Source of the DNA: a bacterium
GTDB taxonomy: Bacteria; Eisenbacteria; RBG-16-71-46
Length of the DNA stretch: 24,842 nt
Direction of reading: 5' to 3'
Assembly: GCA_043779265.1 (NCBI GenBank)
Contig: JAYWEM010000071.1
Location: 1-24,842 of the forward strand
The position numbers and the translations under genes are program-made. This document shows positions 7,263 to 16,929 of this stretch, in pieces (positions within the stretch are counted from its first letter, which is position 1; each line of letters begins with the position of its first letter). The notes beneath the pieces are model-generated. The model searched no databases, had not been told where the DNA came from, and saw only the letters and a program-made list of their open reading frames with translations.

Positions 7263-8729
7263 TCAGCGCTGGTGGCTCGCCACCCGGCCCCGCATCAGTG
7301 CGAGATAGACCACCGAGGCGATGGCGAATCCGGCGAACCAGGCGTAGCTGTAGATCCCGTTCCACAGCGCCCCGACGCCTGCGAATCGTGCAGGGAGGGC
7401 CTGTGCCAGGAAACCCGGGACGCACGGGGCGACGCCCGCGACGAGCGCGATCATCGCCGCCGGGTTCACGCCCCCCCGGTACTCGTAGCGACCGCCGCGA
7501 CGATACAGATCGGGGACATCCAGTTCGCGGCGACGGAGCACGAAGTAGTCGACGATCAGGATGCCGCCGATGGGCCCGAGCAGTGCCGAGTAGCCGATGA
7601 GCCACGTGAAGATGTAGCCCTGGCTCGAGGCCAACAGCTTCCACGGCATGATGGCGATGCCGAGGAACGCCGTGATGAGACCACCGGTGCGGAACGAGAT
7701 CCTCGATGGGGCCAGATTGCTGAAGTCATTGGCGGGCGACACGACGTTGGCCGCCAGGTTGGTGGTGAGCGTCGCGACGCTGAGCGCGAGCATCGAGACC
7801 AGCACGACGAGCGGTCCGCCGATCCGTCCGAGCAGCACCACCGGGTCCCAGATGAGACCCGAGGCCGGGAAGATGACCGCGGTCGCCGAGGTGACCGCGA
7901 CGCCGATGAACGCGAAGAGCGTCATCGTGGTCGGCAGTCCGAGCGCCTGTCCGATGACCTGGTCGCGCTGTGAGCGCGCATAACGCGTGAAGTCGGGGAT
8001 GTTGAGCGACAACGTGGCCCAGAAGCCCACCATGGCGGTGAGCGATGGGAAGAACACCGGCCAGAACTCAGCCGTGGTCGCGATTCGCGACGGCTGCGAC
8101 AGGATCGCCCCGAAGCCGCCGGCCTTCCGGTAGGCCCAGAACAGCAGCGCGAGTCCGATCAGGATGAGGAACGGGGCCGCGAACGACTCGAGCCACTTGA
8201 TGCTCTCGGTGCCCTTCAGGATGAACCACACGTTGAACGACCAGAACACCATGAACCCGAGCGCCTCGCCGCTCGAGAGTCCGACCCAGCCCGGCAGCAC
8301 CGCGGGCAGCGTCTCGATGCCCGGCCACAGCTGCCTCGCCAACTGGAACAGTGCGGCTCCACCGAACCAGGTCTGGATCCCGAACCAGCCGCAGGCGACG
8401 AAGGCTCGCAGCAGCGCCGGGACGTTGGCTCCCATCGTGCCGAAGCTGGCACGGGCGAACACCGGGAACGGGATGCCGTAGCGGGCGCCCGCGTGGGCGT
8501 TGAGCACCATCGGCACCAGCACGATCGTGTTGCCGAGGAAGATGGTGAGCATCGCCTGCCACCACGACATGCCCGTGTCGATGAGCCCCGAGGCCATCGT
8601 GTAAGTCGGGATGCAGACGGCCATGCCGATCCACAGCGCGCAGTAATGCCACCAGTTCCAGGTGCGTTCGTGCGGCTGGGTCGCGGCGAGATCGGCGTTG
8701 TGCAGCGATGACGAGGGAGCAGCGGCCAT
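7263..8729 (-). CDS. NCS1 nucleobase:cation symporter (uracil/dihydrouracil/allantoin family)
   Basis: WIGMAVCIPTY, GIPFPVFARASFG, CGWFGIQTW, GFWATLSLNIPDFTRY and NLAANVVSPAND motifs; many TM helices; GAGGAG SD. Confidence 0.93.
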   Translation of the reverse strand: MAAAPSSSLHNADLAATQPHERTWNWWHYCALWIGMAVCIPTYTMASGLIDTGMSWWQAMLTIFLGNTIVLVPMVLNAHAGARYGIPFPVFARASFGTMGANVPALLRAFVACGWFGIQTWFGGAALFQLARQLWPGIETLPAVLPGWVGLSSGEALGFMVFWSFNVWFILKGTESIKWLESFAAPFLILIGLALLFWAYRKAGGFGAILSQPSRIATTAEFWPVFFPSLTAMVGFWATLSLNIPDFTRYARSQRDQVIGQALGLPTTMTLFAFIGVAVTSATAVIFPASGLIWDPVVLLGRIGGPLVVLVSMLALSVATLTTNLAANVVSPANDFSNLAPSRISFRTGGLITAFLGIAIMPWKLLASSQGYIFTWLIGYSALLGPIGGILIVDYFVLRRRELDVPDLYRRGGRYEYRGGVNPAAMIALVAGVAPCVPGFLAQALPARFAGVGALWNGIYSYAWFAGFAIASVVYLALMRGRVASHQR

Positions 8730-8755
8730 ACGGGTCTCCTCGAGGGCGGCTCGGC

Positions 8756-10087
8756 TCAGCCGTGCCCGCCCGGCGTCTTCGGGGTGCCCTTCGCGATGCG
8801 GTCGTTCCAGGATTCGAACGGCTTGCCGCCGGTCACATCCTTCATCGTGATGCACTGCGGCACCGGGCAGAGCAGCGAGCACAGGTTGCAGCCGGTGCAG
8901 GTCGTCTCATCCACCCAGGTCACGTTCACACCGCTCGAGGCCGCGCGGGCGATCGCCGCGTCGCGCGTGGCCGCGACATTGCCGGCTGCGAGCGGGACGC
9001 TCCCGACATGGATCGCATCGACCGAGGCGTCCTGGCAGGCGACGAGGCACAACTGACAGCCGATGCAGAGGTCCGGGTCGACATGCGCGGCGACCTTGTA
9101 GTTGAGGTCGAGATCGCCCCACTCGACGTACGAGCCCAGCGCCTTGCCGCGCAGTTCGGCGACCGACTGCATGCCCTTGGAGTCGAGGAACTGCGACAGG
9201 CCATCGCACAGGTCCTCGATGATCCGGAACCCGCGATGCATGACGGCGGTGCACACCTGCACGCTCGTGGCACCGAGCGAGATGAACTCCGCCGCATCGC
9301 GCCAGGTCGAGATGCCGCCGATACCCGAGATCGGGATGTTGATCCGCGGGTCGCGCGCCAGGGCCGCCACCATGTGCAGCGCGATCGGTTTGACCGCCGG
9401 GCCGCAGTAGCCGCCGTTGGTCGATCGCTCGCCCACGACGGGATAGGGCACCATGCGGTCCAGATCGACGCCGACGATGCTCTTGATCGTGTTGATGAGC
9501 GACAGTCCGTGCGCGCCCGACTTGGCCGCAGCCACGCCCGGCTCGAGGATGTCGCCGATGTTCGGCGTCAGCTTGACCAGCACGGGGATCGAGGAGAACT
9601 CGACGGCCCAACCGGCCACGGTGGTCAGCACATCGGGTTCCTGGCCGACGGCCGAGCCCATGCCGCGCTCGCACATGCCGTGCGGGCAGCCGAAGTTGAG
9701 TTCGAGCGCATCCGCGCCGGTGTCCTCGACCTGGCGGATGATGTCGCGCCAGTCGTCCTTCGTCTCGACCATCAGCGAGACGATGACCGCATGCCCCGGG
9801 TAGCGACGCTTGCACTCGCGGATCTCGCGCAGGTTCACCTCGAGCGGCCGGTCGGTGATCAGCTCGATGTTGTTGAAACCGGCCATGCGCTGCCCGCCCA
9901 CTTCGATGGCACCGAAGCGGCTCGAGGTGTCGACGATGGGCTCGCCGAGCGTCTTCCAGACCGCACCGCCCCAGCCGTGGTCGAACGCCCGCATGACCTG
10001 CTCGCCCGTGTTCGTGGGCGGAGCACTCGCGAGCCAGAAGGGATTCGGGCTCTTGATGCCCGCCATGTCGATCGAGAGATCCGCCAT
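8756..10087 (-). CDS. preA: NAD-dependent dihydropyrimidine dehydrogenase subunit PreA
   Basis: NPFWLASAPPT, NNIELITDR, NFGCPHGM, KLTPN, GGYCGPAVKPIAL; two C-terminal CxxCxxCxxxC 4Fe-4S motifs. Confidence 0.95.
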   Translation of the reverse strand: MADLSIDMAGIKSPNPFWLASAPPTNTGEQVMRAFDHGWGGAVWKTLGEPIVDTSSRFGAIEVGGQRMAGFNNIELITDRPLEVNLREIRECKRRYPGHAVIVSLMVETKDDWRDIIRQVEDTGADALELNFGCPHGMCERGMGSAVGQEPDVLTTVAGWAVEFSSIPVLVKLTPNIGDILEPGVAAAKSGAHGLSLINTIKSIVGVDLDRMVPYPVVGERSTNGGYCGPAVKPIALHMVAALARDPRINIPISGIGGISTWRDAAEFISLGATSVQVCTAVMHRGFRIIEDLCDGLSQFLDSKGMQSVAELRGKALGSYVEWGDLDLNYKVAAHVDPDLCIGCQLCLVACQDASVDAIHVGSVPLAAGNVAATRDAAIARAASSGVNVTWVDETTCTGCNLCSLLCPVPQCITMKDVTGGKPFESWNDRIAKGTPKTPGGHG

Positions 10088-11421
10088 CAGGTCCTCACCG
10101 TGCCATGCCCCGCCAACATCGGGGCGTCCGGGCGCACTGGGATGCCGAGCGCCTGCGCGATCGCGCGTGCGGCGCGCTTGCCGTCCTGCACGGCGGTCAC
10201 GACCAGCTCGCCGCCCGTCGCATCCCCACCCGCCCACACCTTGGGATTCCCGGTCGCGCCCGTCGCCTCATCCACGACGATGCGGCCCTTGCCATCCACG
10301 ACGACCCCTTCGAACGACTGGGAGAGCGCGGCGAGCGACGACTGTCCGATCGCGAGCACCGCGAGATCGCACGGGAACTCACGTCCATCGGTGAGCTTGA
10401 GCGACACGAGCACGCCCTTCTCCCGGAGGAACGATTCGGGGACCGCCTGCTCGACGAACTGCACCCCATCGAGACGCGCCGCCTCGAGTTCATGCGCATA
10501 GCCGCTCATGTCCGACTGGGTGCGGCGATAGAGCAACGCCACCTCGGGCACCCCGAGCTGGGCCAACTCGCGCGCCGCGTCGATCGCGGTATTGCCGCCG
10601 CCCACGACGATGGCGCGCTGCAATCCCTCGAGGGAACCCGCGGCCGAGAGCTTCATGTGCTCGATCCAGGCCGTGGCGCCGATCACACCCGGCCCATCGG
10701 CGCCCGGAATCGCCAGCGGCGTATCGCCACCGAGTCCGGGCCCGAGGAAGACGGCGTCGTGGCCGGCGACCAGAGCCGCGGGCGCCAGGTCACGGCCGAT
10801 CTCGACGCCGCCTCGGAACTTCACGCCGAGCGAGTCGAGGAACTCCATCTCCCGGAGCGCGCCCTCGACGTGCATCTTGTACGGCGCGACGCCCGTGGTG
10901 TTGAGTCCGCCCGGCAGGGCATAGCGATCGATCACGATGACGTCGCAGCCCTCGAGTGCGAGATAGCCGGCCGTGGCGAGCGAGGCGGGGCCGGCCCCGA
11001 CGCAGGCGATGCGCTTGCCGTTGGAAGCCGCTCGGGGCAGCAGCGACGCGGCATCTCCCTGGTCGAAAACGGTCTCGGTCGCGTAGCGCTGCAGCCGGCC
11101 GATCGCGATCGGTGTGCGCTCCCATGCGTTGTAGACGCATGCGCCGGCGCACAGCACCTCGACCGGGCAGACGCGGGCGCAGGAGTAGCCGAGCAGATTC
11201 GCCGACAGGATCGCCTGCGCCGAGCCGTTCAGATTGCCGGTGCCGATCTTGCGGATGAAGCGGGGGATGTCGATCCCCGTCGGGCATGCGGTGATGCACG
11301 GCGCGTCGTGACAGAACAGGCAGCGATTCGCCTCGGCGATGGCCTCGCCCGGCGTGTAGAGCGGCTTGCCGTCCGCCAGCTTCGTTTCGAGTCGGCCGCC
11401 TTCGAGTGGCGCGGCGCTCAC
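10087..11421 (-). CDS. preT: Dihydropyrimidine dehydrogenase subunit PreT (GltD-like)
   Basis: EANRCLFCHDAPCITACP, CARVCPVEVLC, GAGPA and GGGNTAID motifs; GTGA-coupled to hydA and TGATG-coupled to preA. Confidence 0.92.
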   Translation of the reverse strand: MSAAPLEGGRLETKLADGKPLYTPGEAIAEANRCLFCHDAPCITACPTGIDIPRFIRKIGTGNLNGSAQAILSANLLGYSCARVCPVEVLCAGACVYNAWERTPIAIGRLQRYATETVFDQGDAASLLPRAASNGKRIACVGAGPASLATAGYLALEGCDVIVIDRYALPGGLNTTGVAPYKMHVEGALREMEFLDSLGVKFRGGVEIGRDLAPAALVAGHDAVFLGPGLGGDTPLAIPGADGPGVIGATAWIEHMKLSAAGSLEGLQRAIVVGGGNTAIDAARELAQLGVPEVALLYRRTQSDMSGYAHELEAARLDGVQFVEQAVPESFLREKGVLVSLKLTDGREFPCDLAVLAIGQSSLAALSQSFEGVVVDGKGRIVVDEATGATGNPKVWAGGDATGGELVVTAVQDGKRAARAIAQALGIPVRPDAPMLAGHGTVRT

Positions 11422-12824
11422 GCGACCACTTCCGGACGATGGGCGAAGTGCGTCGGCTTGCGCGAGATGAACCGCCCGCTCCCCTTCTCCGCCATGAGCG
11501 TGCGGCCGTCCCACGCGACACGGCCGCCGACGATCGTCGTGGCGACGCGGCCGCGCGTGGAGAAGCCCTCATACACGCTGCGGTCGGCTTTGGAGTGATG
11601 CGTCCGCGCGCTGCGCGTGCTCTCGCCCTCGGGGTCGTAGATCACGAGGTCGGCATCCATCCCGACGCCGATGGCGCCCTTCTTCGAGAGTCCGAAGATG
11701 CGAGCGGGTGCGGTCGAACCCATCTCGACCAGGCGCTCGAGCGAGAAACGGCCCTCGGCGACGCCGCGCGTGTAAAGCAGCGGCAGGCGATCCTCGATGC
11801 CGGCGGCGCCGTTCGGGATGCGCGTGAAGTCGGCGACGCCCGCCTTCTTCTGCTCGTGCGTGAACGGGCAGTGGTCCGTCCCGACGACATCGAGCATGCC
11901 GTTGCCGATGCCGTTCCACAGCGCATCGTGGTGCCCCAAGTGGGCCCCTCGGATGGGCGGGCTCATCACGTAGGCCGAGCCGCCGAAGTCGGGCTGGCTG
12001 AACACACGATCGTCGAGCACCAGGTACTGCGGGCAGGTCTCGCCGTAGCAGCGCTGCCCCGAGAGCTTGGCGCGCTCGAGCGCCTGCACCGACTCACGAC
12101 ACGTCATGTGCACGATGTACGCGGCAGTGCCATGCAGGCGGGCCATGGCCAGCGCGCGCTCGGTGGCCTCGCCCTCGGCGCCGCTCGGACGCGACAGCGG
12201 ATGGTTCTCGGGGCCGGTCAGGCCCTTGGCGAGCAGTTCGCGCTGCAGGTTCCACACGACATCGCCGTTCTCGGCGTGCACGTTGACCACCGCCCCGGTC
12301 TCGGCCGCCACCTTCATGACCTGATAGAGCGCATGATCGTCCACCATGATCGCGCCCTTGTAGGCCATGAAAACCTTGAAGCTGGTGATCCCGTGGTCGC
12401 GGACCACGGCGCGCATCTCGTCGGCGGTGTTCTCGCCCCACGAGGTGATCGCCATGTGGAAGCTGTAGTCGGTCGTGGCCTTGGCGGCGCGCTGCTTCCA
12501 CACCTGGAGCGCGTTCAGCAGCGAATCGCCGGGCGCCGGGATGCAGAAGTCGATGATCGACGTGGTGCCGCCGACGATGCCCGAGGCCGGGCCCGTCTCG
12601 AAGTCATCGGCGCTCACCGTGCCCATGAACGGCAGCTCCATGTGCACATGCGGATCGATGAACCCCGGCAGGACGAATCTGCCGGCGGCGTCGATCACCG
12701 TGTCCTCGGCGCGAGGCTCGATGGAGGTGGCGAGATCGACGATGGTGCGCCCCTCGGTGCGAAGGTCGGCGACGAATCGGTCGGTCGCGGTGACGAGGAT
12801 GCCGTTCTTGATCACCAGTCCCAT
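11418..12824 (-). CDS. hydA: Dihydropyrimidinase (D-hydantoinase)
   Basis: Amidohydrolase ligands DPHVH, SFKVFMAY (carbamylated Lys), VHAENG, IVHMT and GTDHCPF. Confidence 0.95.
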   Translation of the reverse strand: MGLVIKNGILVTATDRFVADLRTEGRTIVDLATSIEPRAEDTVIDAAGRFVLPGFIDPHVHMELPFMGTVSADDFETGPASGIVGGTTSIIDFCIPAPGDSLLNALQVWKQRAAKATTDYSFHMAITSWGENTADEMRAVVRDHGITSFKVFMAYKGAIMVDDHALYQVMKVAAETGAVVNVHAENGDVVWNLQRELLAKGLTGPENHPLSRPSGAEGEATERALAMARLHGTAAYIVHMTCRESVQALERAKLSGQRCYGETCPQYLVLDDRVFSQPDFGGSAYVMSPPIRGAHLGHHDALWNGIGNGMLDVVGTDHCPFTHEQKKAGVADFTRIPNGAAGIEDRLPLLYTRGVAEGRFSLERLVEMGSTAPARIFGLSKKGAIGVGMDADLVIYDPEGESTRSARTHHSKADRSVYEGFSTRGRVATTIVGGRVAWDGRTLMAEKGSGRFISRKPTHFAHRPEVVA

Positions 12825-12833
12825 CGCATCCCC

Positions 12834-13700
12834 CTAGAGCTTCACCATGGCGTCGTAGGTCTCAGGGCGGCGGTCGCGGAAGAACTGCCAGATGTTGCGG
12901 ACCTCGTCGATCACATCGAGGTCCATCTCCGCCACCACCAGCTTGTCATCGTCCTCGTTGGCCTCGGCGATGAAGTTGCCGCGAGGACCCACGAAGTACG
13001 AGGAGCCGTAGAACTTGCCGATGTTCCACGGCGCTTCGGTGCCGGTGCGATTGATGCAGCCCATGTAGTAACCGTTGGCCACCGCATGCGCCGGTTGCTC
13101 CAGCTTCCACAGGTACTGCGACAGGCCGGCCACGGTGGCGCTCGGGTTGAACACGATCTCGGCGCCGTTCAGGCCGAGGAGCCTGGCCCCTTCGGGGAAG
13201 TGGCGGTCGTAGCAGATGTACACACCGACCTTGGCGTAGCGCGTCTGGAACACCGGGTAGCCGAGGTTGCCGGGGCGGAAGAAGTACTTCTCCCAGAAGC
13301 CCGACGTGTGCGGGATGTGGTTCTTGCGGTACTTGCCGAGGTAGCTGCCGTCGGCGTCGTAGACGGCCGCAGTGTTGTAGAGGAAGCCCGGCATCTCCTT
13401 CTCGTACACCGGCACCACGACCGCCATCTGGTATTGAGCCGCGATCTTCGCGACGGCGTCGGTGGTCGGCCCGGGCACGGGCTCGGCCGAGTCGTACCAG
13501 CGCTTGTCCTGACCCGGGCAGAAGTACGGCCCGTTGAACATCTCTTGAAGGCAGAGCACCTGCACGCCCTTCTTGCCGGCCTCCTCGATGAACGGAACAT
13601 GCTTGTCGAACATCGCCTTCTTGATCACTTCGACCGGCTTCGACTCGTCGTTGATCGGGTTGCTGCACTGGATGATGCCGCCGATGAGCTTGCGGGGCAT
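12834..13700 (-). CDS. Beta-ureidopropionase (nitrilase superfamily)
   Basis: Glu-Lys-Cys triad in LQEMF, KYRKNHIP and ICYDRHFPE; FWEKYFF; RDRRPETY; operon context. Confidence 0.9.
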   Translation of the reverse strand: MPRKLIGGIIQCSNPINDESKPVEVIKKAMFDKHVPFIEEAGKKGVQVLCLQEMFNGPYFCPGQDKRWYDSAEPVPGPTTDAVAKIAAQYQMAVVVPVYEKEMPGFLYNTAAVYDADGSYLGKYRKNHIPHTSGFWEKYFFRPGNLGYPVFQTRYAKVGVYICYDRHFPEGARLLGLNGAEIVFNPSATVAGLSQYLWKLEQPAHAVANGYYMGCINRTGTEAPWNIGKFYGSSYFVGPRGNFIAEANEDDDKLVVAEMDLDVIDEVRNIWQFFRDRRPETYDAMVKL

Positions 13701-13748
13701 GTGGGAGCTCTCCGTGGGTCCGAGTGGCGGGAAAGGCGGATGGTGCGT

Positions 13749-15257
<1,509 letters not shown>

Positions 15258-15409
15258 GGTGATGCCCCTTTCGATCAAGCCAGCCGGCTGAGTCGGGGCT
15301 CACGGGCACCGTGTCTCCCGGCGAGGCGTTCTTCGCCGCGGTGGCCCGCACCAGAGTGGGCGCGAGCAGGTGAAGCAGAATGAAGGCAAGAGGATACACG
15401 CCGAGCGCT

Positions 15410-15425
15410 TGCACGCGAACTGCCA
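15410..15425 (-). promoter_or_regulatory. Possible sigma54 (-24/-12) promoter for the pyrimidine catabolism operon
   Basis: TGGCAG-TTCGC-GTGCA has correct GG-N10-GC spacing. A sigma70 -10-like TATCCT also lies just downstream. Confidence 0.35.
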
Positions 15426-15444
15426 TTCGAGCCGGACGCACGAA

Positions 15445-15472
15445 GGGCCCGGCGTCCGAAGACATCGGGCCC
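15445..15472 (-). terminator. Hairpin after tmRNA, probable terminator or processing stem
   Basis: GGGCCCGAUGUC-UUCG-GACGCCGGGCCC followed by only a weak U tract (UUCGU). Confidence 0.6.
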
Positions 15473-15480
15473 GCGTGCAT

Positions 15481-15833
15481 TGGTGGAGGCGGCGGGAATC
15501 GAACCCGCGTCCGAAGGTGCATCCCCAGAGAGTCCTACAAGCTTGTCCGGCCTACTTGGTTCTCGCTCGCTCTGCCCCGACCGGCGGGGTCTCGGCGAAC
15601 CAGCCCGTCCTACTCTCGGCCTCTGCCCCCAGGCAGGACTTCGGCCCAGCTCGCGATTTTATGACAAGCTCTTCGGCCCCCACGAGCGGGGTCCGGGAGC
15701 TCGTCGCAGCTATTTAGGCTGCGAGAGCCATCTGCTCGTTGGCAGATGAGGTTTTCCCGACTTTTTTGACGAGGTCACGGGTCCCCGGCTTGCACTCTCT
15801 GCTTCAGCACTCTCGTCGAAACCGATCGCCCCC
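15481..15833 (-). ncRNA. ssrA: tmRNA (one-piece, 353 nt); tag ANEQMALAA at 15743-15714
   Basis: 5' GGGGGCGATCGGTTTCGAC, 3' T-arm GCGGGTTCGATTCCCGC and CGCCTCCACCA, G3-U pair, tag ORF ending LAA-stop. Confidence 0.97.
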
Positions 15834-15860
15834 TTGGTTCATCAGTGACCGTTCCGAGGA

Positions 15861-16328
15861 TCAGAACGGGATGTCGTCGTCGTTGCCACCGCCCTGGAAC
15901 TCGTCCATGCCGGTATCGGCGGGCACCGTGGCGCCCATGTCGTCGTTCTTCGCGTAGTTGCCACCACCACCGCCGCCGCTGCCGCCGCCATCACTCTGGC
16001 CACGGCCGCCGACGAAGCGCATATCGCGGCAGACGATCTCGGTGGACTGACGCTTCTGTCCCTGCTGATCCTGCCACTCGCGCGTGCGCAGCGAACCCTC
16101 GACGAAGATCTCGCGACCCTTGGTCAAGTACTGCTTGGCGAGGTCGGCCTGCTTCCCGAACATCACCACCGTGTGCCACTCGGTGGCGTCCTTCCACCCA
16201 CCATTGCCATCGGGACGACGCTCGTTGGTGGCCAGACGCAGGTTGGCGACGGTCGTGCCGCCCTGCGTGTAGCGCACCTCCGGGTCCCGACCGAGACGGC
16301 CGAGCAGGATGACCTTGTTGACGCTCAT
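15861..16328 (-). CDS. ssb: Single-stranded DNA-binding protein
   Basis: VNKVILLGRLGRDPE, TEWH, Gly-rich linker, C-terminal DDIPF; AAGGAG SD. Confidence 0.97.
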   Translation of the reverse strand: MSVNKVILLGRLGRDPEVRYTQGGTTVANLRLATNERRPDGNGGWKDATEWHTVVMFGKQADLAKQYLTKGREIFVEGSLRTREWQDQQGQKRQSTEIVCRDMRFVGGRGQSDGGGSGGGGGGNYAKNDDMGATVPADTGMDEFQGGGNDDDIPF

Positions 16329-16465
16329 GGATGCTCCTTGGAGATGCGGGGGCGGTCGCTCGGGGGCCTGTGCCCTCCGGTGCCGCACCGCGGCGCCGTT
16401 CACGTGGGCCAGCATAGCCGAAGTCGGCCCGCTGCGGAGTGGCGTTCGTCGGCATGAACCCTTGT

Positions 16466-16495
16466 TTGACGCAGGCTCCACGCCGCCCCTATCTT
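16466..16495 (+). promoter_or_regulatory. Sigma70-type promoter for the tRNA cluster
   Basis: TTGACG, 18-nt spacer, TATCTT, ending 27 nt before tRNA-Pro. Confidence 0.65.
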
Positions 16496-16522
16496 GGCTC
16501 CCCGAATCACATTGGTATTCAT

Positions 16523-16599
<77 letters not shown>

Positions 16600-16610
16600 G
16601 CTTCCTCCTC

Positions 16611-16656
16611 AAGAGGGCCGCGCCCGCGGCCGGATGTCTCGCGGGCAGGCCCTCTT
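16611..16656. other. Hairpin in the tRNA-Pro/tRNA-Arg spacer
   Basis: AAGAGGGCC..GCCCGCG pairs with CGCGGGC.GGCCCTCTT. Confidence 0.6.
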
Positions 16657-16668
16657 GGCTTCCGAGAT

Positions 16669-16745
16669 GCGCCTGTAGCTCAGGTGGATAGAGCATCGGA
16701 CTTCTAATCCGATGGTCGGGGGTTCGAGTCCCTCCAGGCGCGCCA
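16669..16745 (+). tRNA. tRNA-Arg(TCT)
   Basis: GCGCCTG/CAGGCGC acceptor stem, TCGGA-CTTCTAA-TCCGA anticodon arm, encoded CCA. Confidence 0.98.
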
Positions 16746-16794
16746 GCCAGGCGATTGGGTCCAGGCGCATCGTACCGCCCGGGACGAGTGTGGC

Positions 16795-16871
16795 GGTGGC
16801 TGTAGCTCAGTTGGCAGAGCATCGGGTTGTGGTCCCGAGGGTCGCGGGTTCGAGCCCCGTCAGCCACCCCA
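16795..16871 (+). tRNA. tRNA-His(GTG)
   Basis: Encoded G-1 opposite discriminator C, TCGGG-TTGTGGT-CCCGA anticodon arm, encoded CCA. Confidence 0.98.
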
Positions 16872-16929
16872 TTCCCGTCCCGGGTCGTGTCCCCTCGAGG
16901 GAGCGCCCGGGGTGCCGGAGCGTTCGCAC

